A DNA stretch of 64,000 nucleotides from Octopus vulgaris (lineage: Eukaryota), in NCBI GenBank assembly GCA_951406725.2, contig OX597823.1, positions 87,606,001 through 87,670,000 on the forward strand, in the 5' to 3' direction. Under the pieces are notes generated by a model that was not told the origin of the DNA, did no database searches, and was given only the letters and a program-made list of their open reading frames with translations. The position numbers and the translations under genes are program-made. This document shows positions 15,095 to 28,874 of the stretch, one piece after another (within the stretch, counting starts at the first letter, position 1; every line of letters begins with the position of its first letter).

Positions 15095-16930
15095 ATTACT
15101 CGTTTCACCCATGCGGCCGTGGTCATGCTAGAGCACCAGCACGGTTTTTCTCCCTTCCTCAGTATGGGTGTTTCAATTCACCACTCCTGTATGTGAATTT
15201 GTTCCAACTGTTGGTACATTTGTTGTATAAGGGAGTTTGAATCCGATGCCTTCGTCTGTACCGTATGTCACGCTTTTGGTTCATCCGGTATTGTGGGGAG
15301 GAGAATGTCTAGTTCTTTTTGAAGACATCTACTTCCACTTTATGCAAATTTCTTAATTTTTGTGACAGGGCGTTGAAGAGCTGTGCGCCTTTGGACTCTA
15401 GACTATTGCAATACCTAGTCCTGAATTTAGATGGAGTGGACGGTACCTTTGGTACATTTCAATGTCAGCCAGGGTTGGCATTTGTATAATACTCAATGCC
15501 AAAGTTAGGTACCAGCCCTTCCAGGATTTTCCATATGTAATTAGTGCGTATCTCCCACGCCTTCGCTCCAGGGAGTAAACATGTAGTTTTCTCAGCCTAT
15601 CCCTGTAGCTCATCCACTGCACTGTTTCAAACATTTTAGTGTAATGGCGTTGGATTGCTTCAAGTTCCGCTGATAGTTTGGCGCTATGTGGTGACCATAA
15701 ATGGGAGTAGTACTGCATGCGGATGAGAACAAAGTTTCTGCTGACCTTCAAGACATAGTTTCTTAGTGTCCTGTCTTGAAGGACAGCAGTATCCATCATG
15801 CCAGTTGTCTGCACTTTACGACCATCTTGGTAATGTCCATATGGAATGATGGGTCATTGCACATACTGATCCCCAAGACTTTCACTGCCTGTGACTCTGA
15901 GATTTGATGCCTTTGGATCCTGTAAATAGCGATTGTACTGTATTCGTGAGTTAGTAGTACAGTGTCTGAAATTTACCAGCATTAAACTGCGAGTTGTCTA
16001 TTTCAGCCCACTTGTATATTGCAGTTAGGTCTTGCTGTAAGCTTGTGTCATCATCCTGGTTTATTATTGCCTGTGATAATTTTGTATCATCGGCATCGCT
16101 AGTGACAGTGGCTGTCGGAGCATTCTAAGAGGGCTATCATGAACAGTAATGACCTCAGAATAGTTCCCTGCGGAACACCACTTAGGATTTGAGTTTCCTC
16201 AGGAAAGGCACCATTGGCTGCAACTACCTGACTTCTGTTTTTAAGGAAGTCATGTAGCCATTCGTTCAGTTTACCAGCAATGTCAAGGTCACGTAGCTTA
16301 TGACTTCCCATGGCATGATCTACCTTATCAAATGACTTCGCGAAGTCAAGGTATATTACACTGAGATGTGAATGATCAAGCAGCTGTTTCAAAACCCAGC
16401 CATAGTGCTATAGGAGCTGTGTGAGGCAGCTTCTTCGTAGACGGAAGCCATACTGAGTATTGTTCAGTTGGTCATTTTCTTCTAAGAACACCATCAACTT
16501 CTTTCTGTTGCTTCGCTCCATGGCTTTACTGATACATGAAGTCAGAGAGATTAGTATGCAGTTGTTGGCCTCTGGTCTGCTTCCACCTTTGTGTGTAGGG
16601 CATATAATGCCTTCTTTCAGCGTTTTAGGATGTAGACCACTTGAAAGGAAAATTTGGAAACGTATCTGACCTGGTTACATGACTTTAGGAGAATAGCTTG
16701 GAAGCCATGAGGACCAGTGGCGGAGCAAGAGCTCATTTCATCTATGGACGCTGTTACATCTGTTTTTTCAATGTTGATGTAATCGATGGCTGGCGCCTTT
16801 TTTTTAGGGCTGCACTATCAAAGAATTCAGCTGGATTGTTTATCTGCATGTGTCCAAGTGGATTACTGAAGACAGCTTGAAATTATTCTCTGAGTATCTC
16901 ACTTATCCTTCCTGGGTCCGCAGTCAGTGA
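15095..16930 (-). mobile_element. 5'-truncated, frameshifted CR1-type LINE (ORF2 reverse transcriptase and 3' UTR)
   Basis: Motifs IYLDFAKSFDKVDH, SGVPQGTILRSLLF, (D)ADDTK at ~16081-16098, LEAIQRHYTK, YSLERRRGRY in ORFs 16099-16392 and 15398-15814. Confidence 0.9.
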
Positions 16931-17033
16931 GTCATATATATATTCCATTAAAAGAAACACAGAATAAACAAGCCAACGAGGACTCAAACAAGCAATATTA
17001 TAATGATACCCTCAGAGAAAGGAGCGAGTAGTT

Positions 17034-17068
17034 GTTTTACGTTTCGAGCTTAGCTTTTCTTCGGAAAC
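17034..17068 (-). ncRNA. Degenerate minimal type I hammerhead ribozyme (Penelope-type)
   Basis: Minus strand GUUU-CCGAAGA-AAAGC-UAA-GCUC-GAAAC-GUA-AAAC: stem I GUUU/AAAC, core with U4->C change, palindromic ACGU stem III. Confidence 0.55.
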
Positions 17069-17219
17069 AGGAACATCAAGAAAGTCTCAAACGAAACAAG
17101 GAAGGACGAAAATCTCGCCAACAGTTCATGTGCAGTTACATTTCTACAGTGACCGGAAGTAGAAAGAATGAAGAGAAACTGCTTTCCGAGATAGGAGAGT
17201 GTAAAATGGTCGGTATTTG

Positions 17220-17750
17220 TGAGTGTGTGTCTCCGTGTCGTGTGTGTACGTGTTTGTGTGTGTTTGTGGGGGTAGCGTACATATGTATGGTAGCAGTGCG
17301 TATGTGTGGCATTAACTGCGCGTGTTTGTGGATGTGGTGATAACTATGTGTGTGCGTTTGCGCGTGTACGTGTGGTAATGAGTGTGATGTGTGTGTGGTA
17401 GCCTCTGTGTGTGTGCGAGTGTGTGGAAGCGCGCGCGTGTGTGTGTGGCATTAACTGCCTGTGCGTGTTTGTGTTTGTGTGAATTGTCTGTGTGCCTGTG
17501 TCTGTGTGTCATAGGATCTGTGCGCGTGTGGTGGGAACTGTGTGTCTGTGTGTGTTTTCCGATTTGAGAGGTCACCCGCTATAATGACAGGTGTGTGAAT
17601 TGGTGGGTGTGGCAGTGTGTGTGTGTTTGTATTTCCATGTATCTGTAGAAGGATGAGTCAATGTGAGTCAGAGGCAATGTGAAGGCTATGTGAATGCGTG
17701 TGTTTGTCTGTGTGAAAGGGTGTGAGTGTGGGTGTGTGTGTGTGTATACA
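17220..17750. repeat. Degenerate (GT)n-rich low-complexity tract
   Basis: Directly visible. Confidence 0.85.
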
Positions 17751-17754
17751 AAGA

Positions 17755-18130
17755 GACGATGCTGGGACGCTAGCCTGCAGAATTTAGTCGAACGTGCAGA
17801 CCCCAACGCCTATTATTTTTCAAGTCTGCGCCTTATTTTATCGGTACTTGTTTCCGAACCACTAAGTTACAGAGACAGAAACACACGAACAGCGTTCGTC
17901 TAGCAGTAGCGGTTAACAAACATGGACAGAAACACATACGCGCGCGCGTACATATACACGTATATGTATACGGTGGGGATTTTTTCAGTTTCCGGCTTCC
18001 ATGTCGATCAACATGTTTTGGGTCTTCCGAAGGCTATAGTGGAAGACATTTGATCAATGTGCGGCGCAGTGGGACTGAACACGGAATTATGTGGTTGGCA
18101 AGCAAAATTGTTACTGCACAGCAATGCAAG
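17755..18130 (-). mobile_element. Old SINE family A copy
   Basis: Diverged but colinear (GCAGTGGGACTGAAC..ATGTGGTTGG..AGCAA head). Confidence 0.7.
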
Positions 18131-18689
18131 TGCCGAAATAAACAGGAATACGAAACCAAAATAATTATGAAATATATGATTTATAAAATAAGATTAATTC
18201 AACTTACTGTGATTTGAGATTCGTTCAGCTTTGGGTAACATATTGTATTGTACTTTGAAGAATATATTAAAGAAGAATTTGAAAATGGAAGCGAATCATA
18301 CGAGTAGATAACATTAAGTCGGTCTGCGATTTGTGGATTAAAGAATCTAATTATTTATCAAAATCCACTTCTGAAATACCGCTATACAACTAGTTTCATG
18401 TTTAGACAACATTCCATGTCAGATTACTACTTTTTTCTTTGTGAGTATACAATCAAGCTTGTCATCAGAGAATCCACCGAAACATCACCGAATATACCAA
18501 AGCTATGTACAAAGCACAGAAAATCGTGTTGCTGTGATGTTATTTACAGGTGTTTTCTGATGCATACAACACCAGATCTCCCAAGGCCCTTTATAGCATG
18601 TTATTGTCCGACCTTAATTATTCTTTGAAGTACCTCATGAACGTATAAGCGCTTCATATTATTAGATATAGATACGTAAAGTCACAATA

Positions 18690-18870
18690 GGGAGGGATGT
18701 ATGACTTATTGGTTAGGGTGTCGGACTCATGATCATAAGATGAAATGGTATCAATTGCTGGACAGTGCGATGCATTTTGTTCTTGAGCAAATCACTTCAT
18801 TTGCGTTGCTCTAGTCCACTCTGGTGCTAAACATAAATAATCCTGCGACGAAATGGTGTTCAATTCAAGG
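18690..18870 (+). mobile_element. Old tRNA-derived SINE (V-SINE-like body)
   Basis: TGGTTAGGGTGTCGGACTCATGATC head, TTGAGCAAATCACTT, CTGCGACGAAATGG. Confidence 0.55.
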
Positions 18871-19499
18871 AAAGTTTAGGAAATCCACGTTGTAGTGGGG
18901 ACTAAACAATGTCATATTAAGTGGTGTATACTTCCTGTTTTTAAGATGTTGGAAGATATTTTGGAAATTGTGTTTCTATTCCTAGTATCTTAAATGTTGC
19001 TAGAAATAGCAAAAGAAAAGCTCGATCATATATGAGTTGTTCTATCCTGTCTTTACACAATTGAGCTGAATGAATATGTTAAACGCTATATAAAGATCTC
19101 CACTTAAACATATTTGATGCACGTTGCACTTTTCATTAGCGACAGAAAATATACTCTGTATGATGTTATTGTTAACATTATCGTTATATACTTTTTACTT
19201 GAGCATAATTTATGTTTATCTAAGAAGGCTTCAAGTTCAGCGCAACTGGTTAACCATTCTGGTGACTGAAGCTTCTGAAAGTAAGAAATTGAGTGTGAAC
19301 ACGAATTTATTTTCATAAACTTTATTCCATACCATAGTGACATTATAGTTTAATGACAACGAACTCGATGACTCAGGTTCGGGCGTGGCTTCATGGTTTT
19401 ATTTAAATACTGATGATTCAGGAAAAGAACGGAGCTGTAATGTTAAGTAAATAAATTCCAATCTAAAGCAAGTGTGATGATCGCACAAGAAATATCGAT

Positions 19500-21130
19500 A
19501 ATACTGAAAACCATGGAAATTAAACAACGAAATTCAGTAGAGTACGATCTACACTTATGTCATCAGTTATCCTTAGATATACTTAGGTATTTTATGAATG
19601 AATGAAAGTCTTCACATCGAAATCTGATTGATTCTATTGACCTTTATCTCCAAGATTACGCGACAACTAGTTTTGTAGATTTAATTAAAATAGGAATTGA
19701 AAGACAGCGAGTAGAAGAGAACATGATTTAATACAATGTAACAACGTGAGTAATATTACAGAAAACCGAATAACTTCAATCAGATTATTCGAATGCATTG
19801 AATTAGCTTAAAAGATTGAAACGTTTTCTAAGTTTTAGATGATTAAAAATGTACGCCTAAATAAAAGAACGACGTCGATGATACAAGTGTCTTGATGAAG
19901 CAAGTATAAAGCTGATTGTGCAACAACAAAATATCCAGCTTTTAGTAAAATCACACCATTGTGAGAATACTAATCATTTTAAGAAGGTGTGTAACTTAAA
20001 AGAAGTATCTGAGGAAATTAAGAATAAAAAATTTTGGAGTCTTTTAAAGTAACTGGCATTATAATTACTATAAGGATCCACGTGAAATTCAATAATGGCA
20101 ACGTTGAGACATAAATTGACCCCGGCAGGTTGTGAGTGATATTAGTCTTCAACGTTAAACAAAACCTGCAATTCCTTGTTATGGTTGTAATGAATGTTGA
20201 TAGTTCAACATTAATTCATGAAACTGAAACCTCCAGGCAATTTGAGATGTTGAGAGGTCATAATTGCTGCCTTGTTTTCAACAGAAATATTAACCCAAGC
20301 TATTTTCAGACAAATCAGTACCAATATGCATTAAAAACATTAATCATAGTGAAATCAAGAAGTTCCTCTCAGAGACGTTTAATGTGTAAAAGGCATACGG
20401 TGATCATAGAAAACGAGCAGACTATAAAACAGATCCAAAGAAATGAATTTGTTCAAAGCCATCGCTTACCCCAAATATTTAATCGATAAATTACTGTCTT
20501 CTGGCAAGAATTGTTTCAATAAACTGGATCCAAAAAGTGCATATTATCAGTCAAAATGGTATTGCAAAACAAGACAGTTTACTACACTGAATACTCTTGC
20601 AGATGTTTTAAGATTGGCTTGCCACCGGTCATAGGCAATTAATATAGCTGGCACTATCTCAGAAAGGAAAGTGAACAATCTTTTATATAATATATGGATT
20701 TTATTTTTATTACAATATTATAAGCGGTTTCACTAAAGTAGTTTTAAGTCTCCATATCGATGTAGAATTAAAAGATGTGGTGACAAATAGAGCGAAATCT
20801 GAGTCAGAGGTTGATGAGCATTTGAAAGGCTGTTACCGCCTTATGAGAGGAACATCATATAGTAAAGAAAATTATGAATACTAAATGGCCTAATACAGAA
20901 GCAATTAGAAATATATCCATGATTAATTTCTATAGAAATTTGATTAGTTATACACATAATATTTTACTTAATGCAAGATATGATGAACATTAAGACATGT
21001 TTATGAGAAGGGCATGAACAAAGATATTTTGAGCATTTAAAACAATTTTAGGACTCTCTGTAGGTGAATTGAGTATTAGTGGTATGATGTAAGTAAACTT
21101 GGAAGCAAGCGATGTACTTTGTCCGGCATC
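19500..21130 (+). mobile_element. Decayed Ty3/Gypsy LTR-retrotransposon internal region (gag-protease-RT-RNaseH relic)
   Basis: Ordered remnants: protease NGNVET*IDPG (~20090-20125); RT KAYGDHRKRADYK, AYPKYLIDKLL..KNCFNKLDPKSAYYQ (ORF 20443-20634), AGTISERKVNNLL, NTEAIRN; RNaseH-like DVSKLG (~21086). Confidence 0.7.
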
Positions 21131-21299
21131 CTGTCTCTATTTAATTCTTAATTGCGCGTTGCTTTTTTTTTTTTTCGAGGTCAAAAAAACAATAGCACGC
21201 ACGTATAAAACATGTAATTTAGGAATCATGTGGTAACATTTGTTCTTTAAAGTGGTAATGATGTAATTCCATTCTAGCGAGTAGTAGATCTCTATTCTC

Positions 21300-22300
21300 T
21301 TAACATGATTGCAGAGAACTATGTAAAATCATACACAGCATATTGTTCAGCTGTGGTGAATATTTCACTGAAAGTTATCTTCTCATTTTTCATGGACTTG
21401 AGCTCTCATAAAATGCTTAAGTTCAGCATTTAAATTCGGGAACACTTCCGAGGGGACATAAATATCCTCTTCAAGGTATTAACCGCTGTTTAACAAAGAT
21501 CTTCATTCAACAAAGTTATAGGTGATTGAAGTCTTTTCTTTGGTTCATTTTAAATAACTAAAGGGATGATATATCTTCCAAGAACTTATAAAGACCTTTA
21601 TTTAGTAACTGCCTTCTAATATAATGCTCTGTAATAGCGCGATCATTCTTCGGCTAAAGAAATCAGTTGAGCTTGGAGAATCCCTCTTTCATGTATATTA
21701 ACAATTAACAAAGCACCTGCAATAAGCTTCTCACAAACCTTCAGCTGCTGATCGTCACATTCACCTGCATTAAAGAGGATTTCTGCGTTTACTTAAGGTT
21801 CTTCGAAATGCATTGAATGCGAAACAGTGATTGGTGGTTTTAAATTTCTCGGATGCTATAAATTCCTTTTCAGAGATGTAAAGTGGCATCTATAAGAACG
21901 GTGTCATTCATGTACAAAATATCTCTCAATTATCCTTACGAAATCCCATTATTGTACTGCTGACAACAGAGAGGAATATCAATATTGCTATTAACAAAAG
22001 CTGCTTTCCTTAGGAAATAAGTTAAATTGTCTTCAAGTGAGTGATTTTCTTTCAAATAAGAGACAAGTGGATTCATCATATATTTTAAGAGACCTAAAAG
22101 CACTCACATGAAATATCATTGCTTCAACAGAATTTGATCAATACATTGAACCTCACGAATGACCAGCAAAACCGTTCGAATTTACAGTGTAACCAATACC
22201 TACTTCACATTCATTGAATGCGTTTGAGGAGCCAATTTTGAAACGGAAGAGGACCGGAAGCGGTTCATTATATGATACAACTGAATGCACAGCATCTAAT
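21300..22300 (-). mobile_element. Possible second decayed Gypsy gag relic, convergent with the first
   Basis: Minus-strand translation NAGECDDQQLKVCEKLIAG resembles Gypsy gag C.F...L...LRDRLIAG; otherwise weak. Confidence 0.3.
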
Positions 22301-23301
22301 TCGGCGTAACAGATTTCGTGTGTCCTTTTTTTGAACGGAAGCAGTTAAAGGCTACTAAATGCAGAAAAAGCTCTCTGAAAGATAAGTTTTGGCTCCCTCT
22401 AATGTATTAGCAATACAAAAATTATTTAGCGCTTTATTTTCAATAATCGGTCACGCAAGGAATTTTAACACGCTATAAAAACTTGATGAGTCGCTCATGG
22501 ATTTCCCTTGGCTTATATCTAACGGGAAAATAAGGTTGCATCATTTTCTAATAATTCTGTTAATCGGGTACCATATATACACTATATACACACACACATA
22601 CACACACATAAACATGCACACACAAATACGCACATAAGCACGCATACACAAACACGCACATAAACACGCACACACGAACACGCACACACATATATATATC
22701 AGTGAGAATAAGTGCCTAAGACTACATTCACAGATAAATATTCTTATTTCTAGGTAAACAATGCTACCAATTGTTTCGTGTGAGGAGAGATATCTTTAAA
22801 ATTTTCAAGAGTAACACATGGGAAATTTGGTGCTCCATATATTCGTATACAATTATATACACCATCCAAAAGCCATTTTCTGGTAAGTTGCTGCCTTACA
22901 ATTTTAAGAACTGAGACATACCTACTATTTGTAAATTACAAGCCATATGTATACCTTCCGTAATATAATTTTGTAACTGATCCCAAATATCGCAAATGGG
23001 AGAATGTCATTTGTTAATAATTATTGAAGGTAGAGACATGAATACACATGGGCATATAATTGTTTCTGATACAGCTGATAAGTGGAATTTCCACAAGAGA
23101 AGAGCATGAAAGAGGCAAATGAATTGGTTTGCTAAGAGATGCATAGATGTTTATTCACCAGAATAACACTTCTACAATTCTCTGTAGAGGACGAGGTCTT
23201 AATACCAAAATACACTTAATCTAACTTTTTAGACGAATATATGTTCATAATACAAACATTACACACATCCACCTGCCATATATATATACATGCATACGTG
23301 T

Positions 23302-23344
<43 letters not shown>

Positions 23345-23662
23345 GTGTGTGCATGTGTGTGCATGTATGTCGTGTGTATGTGTTTTTTTGAGTGTATATA
23401 ATGTTTGTATGTATGTGTGAGTATGTATATGTATATTCTTGTATGTATATGTATGTGTGTGCTTGCATATGTCGTTATATATGTGTATGCGTGTATGTAT
23501 ATGGAAATATTGAAAGAAAACAATCACAATGATATACTGTTTTTACAGTTTATATTTATATCTTTTTATTTTATATTTTTCTCTATATTTTTCTTCCATT
23601 TTCATTTTCTGTTCTATACACTTTGCTAATCACATACAACAACAACAACAACAACCAAAATG

Positions 23663-23741
<79 letters not shown>

Positions 23742-24269
23742 TGTATGTATGTATGTATAGTTTACTTCAAAAATAAGTAATTATTTTATGTTTAGTGAAA
23801 ATGAAATTTTCTTTCTATTTTGTTTTTCTTTTTGTTGGATATCGCCGATTTTAATTATCAATATTGTCAAGTAATCACTATGGCAACGATAGCTTGTACA
23901 AACAAATCAAATATAGAAATATAAAATTTATATAAATATTATTAGGCTGATATCAAAGAAATATATATTTAAAAGAATTTATCATGGGACATATCATTTA
24001 TTATGAATATATCTTGCTATCTCATCAGACAATATTATTATTTTTAATAGAAAACGATTTTAATGAGCGACCCGATGGAGATATCTTTTATGAAGAGTGA
24101 TGTCACATACGCTTCATTTTTAATTGTACATACAGATATATTAGACGCGAGCCTACCTATATATCTATCTATGTATCTATCTATCTATCTGTCTGTCTCT
24201 CTGTCTGTCTATCTATTTATCTATCTATCTTTCATCAAACATACACCAAACCCATAAATATTAAGATAT

Positions 24270-24675
24270 AGGCGTAGGAGTGGCTTTGTGGTAAGTAGCT
24301 TATTTACGAACCACAGGGTTCCAGATTCAGTCCCACTGCGTGGCACCTTGGGCAAATGCCTTCTGCTATAGCTTCGGTCCGACCAAAGCATTGTGAGTGG
24401 ATTTGGTAGACGGAAGCTGAAAGAAGCCTGACCTATATAAGTATATATATATGTGTGTGTATGTGTGTATATGTTTGTGTCTCTGTGTTTGTCCCCCAAC
24501 ATCGCTTGACAACCGATGTTGGTGTGTTTACGTCCCTGTAACATAGCGGTTCGGCAAAAGAGACCGATAGAATAAGTACTAGACTTACAAAGAATAAGTC
24601 CTGGGGTCGATTTGCTCGACTAAAGGCGGTGCTTCAGCATGACCACTGTCAAATGACTGAAACAAGTAAAAGGAG
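24270..24675 (+). mobile_element. SINE family A, full length
   Basis: Near-identical layout to 9004-9400. Confidence 0.92.
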
Positions 24676-25176
24676 TATATACATATATGTTGTATCTTGT
24701 AGAACACTCGACTGTCTCGATTCAAATCATTAATATCGCTTTCTCCTTTCATGTGCTTTACACTTGTTTCGCCGATATCTATGCAGGAAACACATGAGAA
24801 AGGGTATGATTACAATTGTGCATTAGATATTCATTTTTTATTCAATAAGTTCATGCTGTAAGCTCGCAACGTTGGCTTTTCTCTCTCTGGTGTTTGTAAT
24901 GTCCACGATAAAACATTATCTGATGTCTTTTTCTTTCAAGGATTCTAGATTTGCGCCAAGGACAGTTAATCCATATCTTCCGCAGGAACAGAATGATTGA
25001 CACTGATACAGCTGCCATGTATATAAAACCAACTCACATACCTTTGTGAGTTGGTTTAGGCAAACACTATCTGAGAGAGATCTTCTTTAAGTATTAGAAA
25101 TAGCTGAAGAAATTTCTTTAGCTGCTATTTCTAATGAGTTCAGTATGTGGCAAAGTAATTTATTTTACTAAGCTCT

Positions 25177-25284
<108 letters not shown>

Positions 25285-25606
25285 CTCTCTGTCTCTCACA
25301 TTTCCTCATAGAAAATGCAATGGTGTCTTTGTGCATGCTTATTAAGTTGTTCAGTCAACTGTATAACGACGAAACCTTTACCATTAACGTAATTCTCATG
25401 TGTAAACAGCTGGACACTGCGTAACAAAGCTTCTATACCGTTTAAGTGTTCAAAATGTCATCTTGCGAGTTAAACAGCACCGAATCTAAGCTACAACCAC
25501 CCCCACAAAAAAAAAATGATAATTGCAAAACTGCTCCAGGTGCCAGATATGCAGAAAGGAAGACGGTGTGATTATATGCTTGGAAAACAATTACACACAC
25601 TTACAA

Positions 25607-25625
25607 ACATACATACATACATACA

Positions 25626-25659
<34 letters not shown>

Positions 25660-25840
25660 CATAGATACATGCATGCATGCATACACACATACATACATAG
25701 ATGCATGCATGCATGCATGCATACATGCATACATGCATACATACATACATAGATGCATGCATGCATGCATACATACATACATACATACATACATACATAC
25801 ATACATACATACATACATACATACATACATACATACATAC
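25607..25840. repeat. (ACAT)n/(GCAT)n compound microsatellite
   Basis: Directly visible. Confidence 0.95.
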
Positions 25841-26324
25841 AAGCATGTATACTTGCATGAAAAACTGCTTCGAAGCCTCCGGCTTCAACATCGAGACTAT
25901 GAATTCATATTCATACCATTTGCGGCATTAGGTTTTGTTAGTAAATACTTAAAAGAGAATCTGGATAAACTGCGATTTTCAGAAAGAATAACTGACCGGC
26001 TGATTCGTACAATACAAGTGCAATCTGTGAAAGGAGCAGGAAAACTATGCAAGAATTTTCTCAAGTCTCACATATGAATTTGCCTGTGTTAACTACATCG
26101 CAATGATGGAGCCTTGTATCTTTGTTGGAAAGTGGCTCCCTCCTCGGTGGAAAACTAATAATAATTTTTAAAAAATAGAAGAGACATACATGCATACATA
26201 CATACATACATAAATATGTACATATATACTTGCACATATAAATACGTACATACACATACATACTGAGACATGAATATATATATATGTATATACAAATATA
26301 TATATGTATACTTATATATATATA

Positions 26325-26389
<65 letters not shown>

Positions 26390-27441
26390 GCATATATATG
26401 TATGTCTCAGTATAATTATAAAATCAGTAATTATAAAACTGTAATTTTAAACTGAACAGTTGCCTCTATACAAACTTTATTCTTAAACCAGGTTATTGTG
26501 GACAGTGTCTTCGAAGTTTCGGCAAGCTAAGTGCTACTGGTAATGGAATCCAGTACAACCTTTTGCATGGTCTTATTGCCGGCGACTAAACTGGCTCCCC
26601 ACCAGGCTACCCTCGCGAGGATTTTTACTAATAACCCAGCAGGATTTAAAAACAAGACCTGTTGAATAGCACGGGTACGCAGAAATTCCGGGATGGTGTC
26701 CAGCGTGCTGAAAGACCAATGGGAGTGAGAAACGCCTCAGCTTCTGTTGAATCATGTCTCTAGGAAAAGGCCACTCTGATATAAAAGCAGATATGCAGGG
26801 AATGGCATTGGACATTTTGGGGATCTTTGGTTTGTACTAGAGATCATGGCGCTCTCACATTCCTGAGCCTGCGAATTCATATTAGCACCAGGTATCTTGC
26901 TCCGGGTTGTCTCTGGATAACGTCAATGAAGTGGAGAGGGTCTATGAGATTTTGTGCGAGCCTTATTGGACATAAGACTCTGTACAGGCATTGCTGACCT
27001 CATTGCTGACAAAAAAACAAACGTCATGATAGCGTGACATTTTTCTCCAAAAGTACACCTCTTACATTTTTTCCTGATCGCTGTATGTACTTAGCTCTTT
27101 CTATTTATTTATAGTTGAACAAATTTTAACGATACAAGCGAAAGCACTAAAAACAAATCACTGTCGTCTTTGTTTTACGTGTGTAATAGTTTTTCCCCCA
27201 TTAGTCACATGATCAGCAAGAAAAAAATAAGAAAGAGGTTGAAAGACAAAATGATGGAGGGGGAGGGACAAAATGGGAAAACTATTCCTTTGGTTGACTT
27301 TTATTGTAGCCATCGTGTCAGTATTTTACTATTATTCCTCTACTAAAATTGAAACACAATCACATTTGGAGAAAACACAAAGAGGTCATAAAAAGGAGAA
27401 AGAAAAGAACACACATGATCTCAGTAGAATTAAATACAACA

Positions 27442-27472
<31 letters not shown>

Positions 27473-27486
27473 TGTATGTATGTATG

Positions 27487-27532
<46 letters not shown>

Positions 27533-28471
27533 TATATATATATATGTATATGTACATATATATATGTATATATATATATGTGTATATATATACATGCATT
27601 TATATATATATATGAATGTATTTGCATGTATATATATATATATATATACACGCATATATATATAATATATATATGTGTCTGAGTGTGTGCATTATGTTTG
27701 TATATCAATATGTGTGTGTTAGTGCATATATCTACTTCTATACATACATTTGAGTGTGTGTTTGTGTGTGTGTGTGTGTAAATATAGATATGTACATCCA
27801 CATATACATATATATACATACGAGGGAGCATTTGTGCGCGTGCGCGTGCGTGTATGTGTGTGTTTTGTAGCAAAGAGTTTCTAAGAATATAATACCATTA
27901 TTATCATGAAAATAAGAACGTACGCCATCAAATTACAATTGACTCAATTTCTATTCAAGATACAAGATTACCAACGACTAAAACATAAATAAATAAATAA
28001 ATAAAAAAATAAGTAAATATTTTAAATAAATAAATAAAAAGGCCTAATGACCAATGAGCCAAAGTAGAGAGAAAGATTAGAAGAATGGTGGTGATTCTTT
28101 TTATGTTAGGACATCTCATATATATTGTTTTATTTACACTATTATCCAAAATGCCATTTGCAATTTATTCCTTCTGTCTCGGAATAACGAAGAGGGCGCA
28201 GTTATAACCAACGACACAAGTCTTAGAGTCAGTATAATAATATGTGATTATGATGGGCAACAACGCGCAGTATAAGGAGAGCTACACTGTATTTAATGCT
28301 AAAGCTACTAGAAAAATTACTTCAGAATCACCAATTTAAAACTTATTTTGTAATTAAATCGTTTAGCATTCAGTATTGTATTTCAGTATATGTCATGTAT
28401 TTCAGTAATGACACAGCAGTGCAATGATTCCATCGTTGTAAGTTCAAAACTGGACACGTTTAATATTTTGT

Positions 28472-28666
28472 TATTTCTTTATTGCCCACAAGGGGCTAAA
28501 CATAGAGGGGACAAAAAGGACAGACAAAGGAATTAAGTCGATTATATCGACCCCAGTGCGTAACTGGTAGTTATTTAATCGACCACAAAAGGATGAAAGG
28601 CTAAGTCGACCTCGGCGGAATTTGAACTCAGAAGGCGTTCTAACGATTCTGCCAGCTCACCGCCTT
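28472..28666 (-). mobile_element. SINE family C with internal deletion in the head
   Basis: Family C tail and core; flanked by a similar ACAC(GT)TTAATATTTTGT direct repeat. Confidence 0.85.
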
Positions 28667-28874
28667 AGATTAACACACTTAATATTTTGTGCCTGGAAAA
28701 CATCGTCATCATTCGTGGATTATTCGATCGGTGTATTATTAAACTTCTTCACTACAAACATAATGGTCGTGAATTCAAATTTTTACTATTCCTGAATTTC
28801 TTTACTTCAGTTTACATAACAAATCGGGTCCGTATACTGAAGGCTTAGTACAGTTTATGTCTTAATCCGAATAC

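Noticed and set aside
27273-27445. Signal-anchor-like ORF start [21 protein letters not shown]
   Set aside because: It runs into microsatellite, has no recognisable domain or supported splice structure, and hydrophobicity is expected from T-rich DNA
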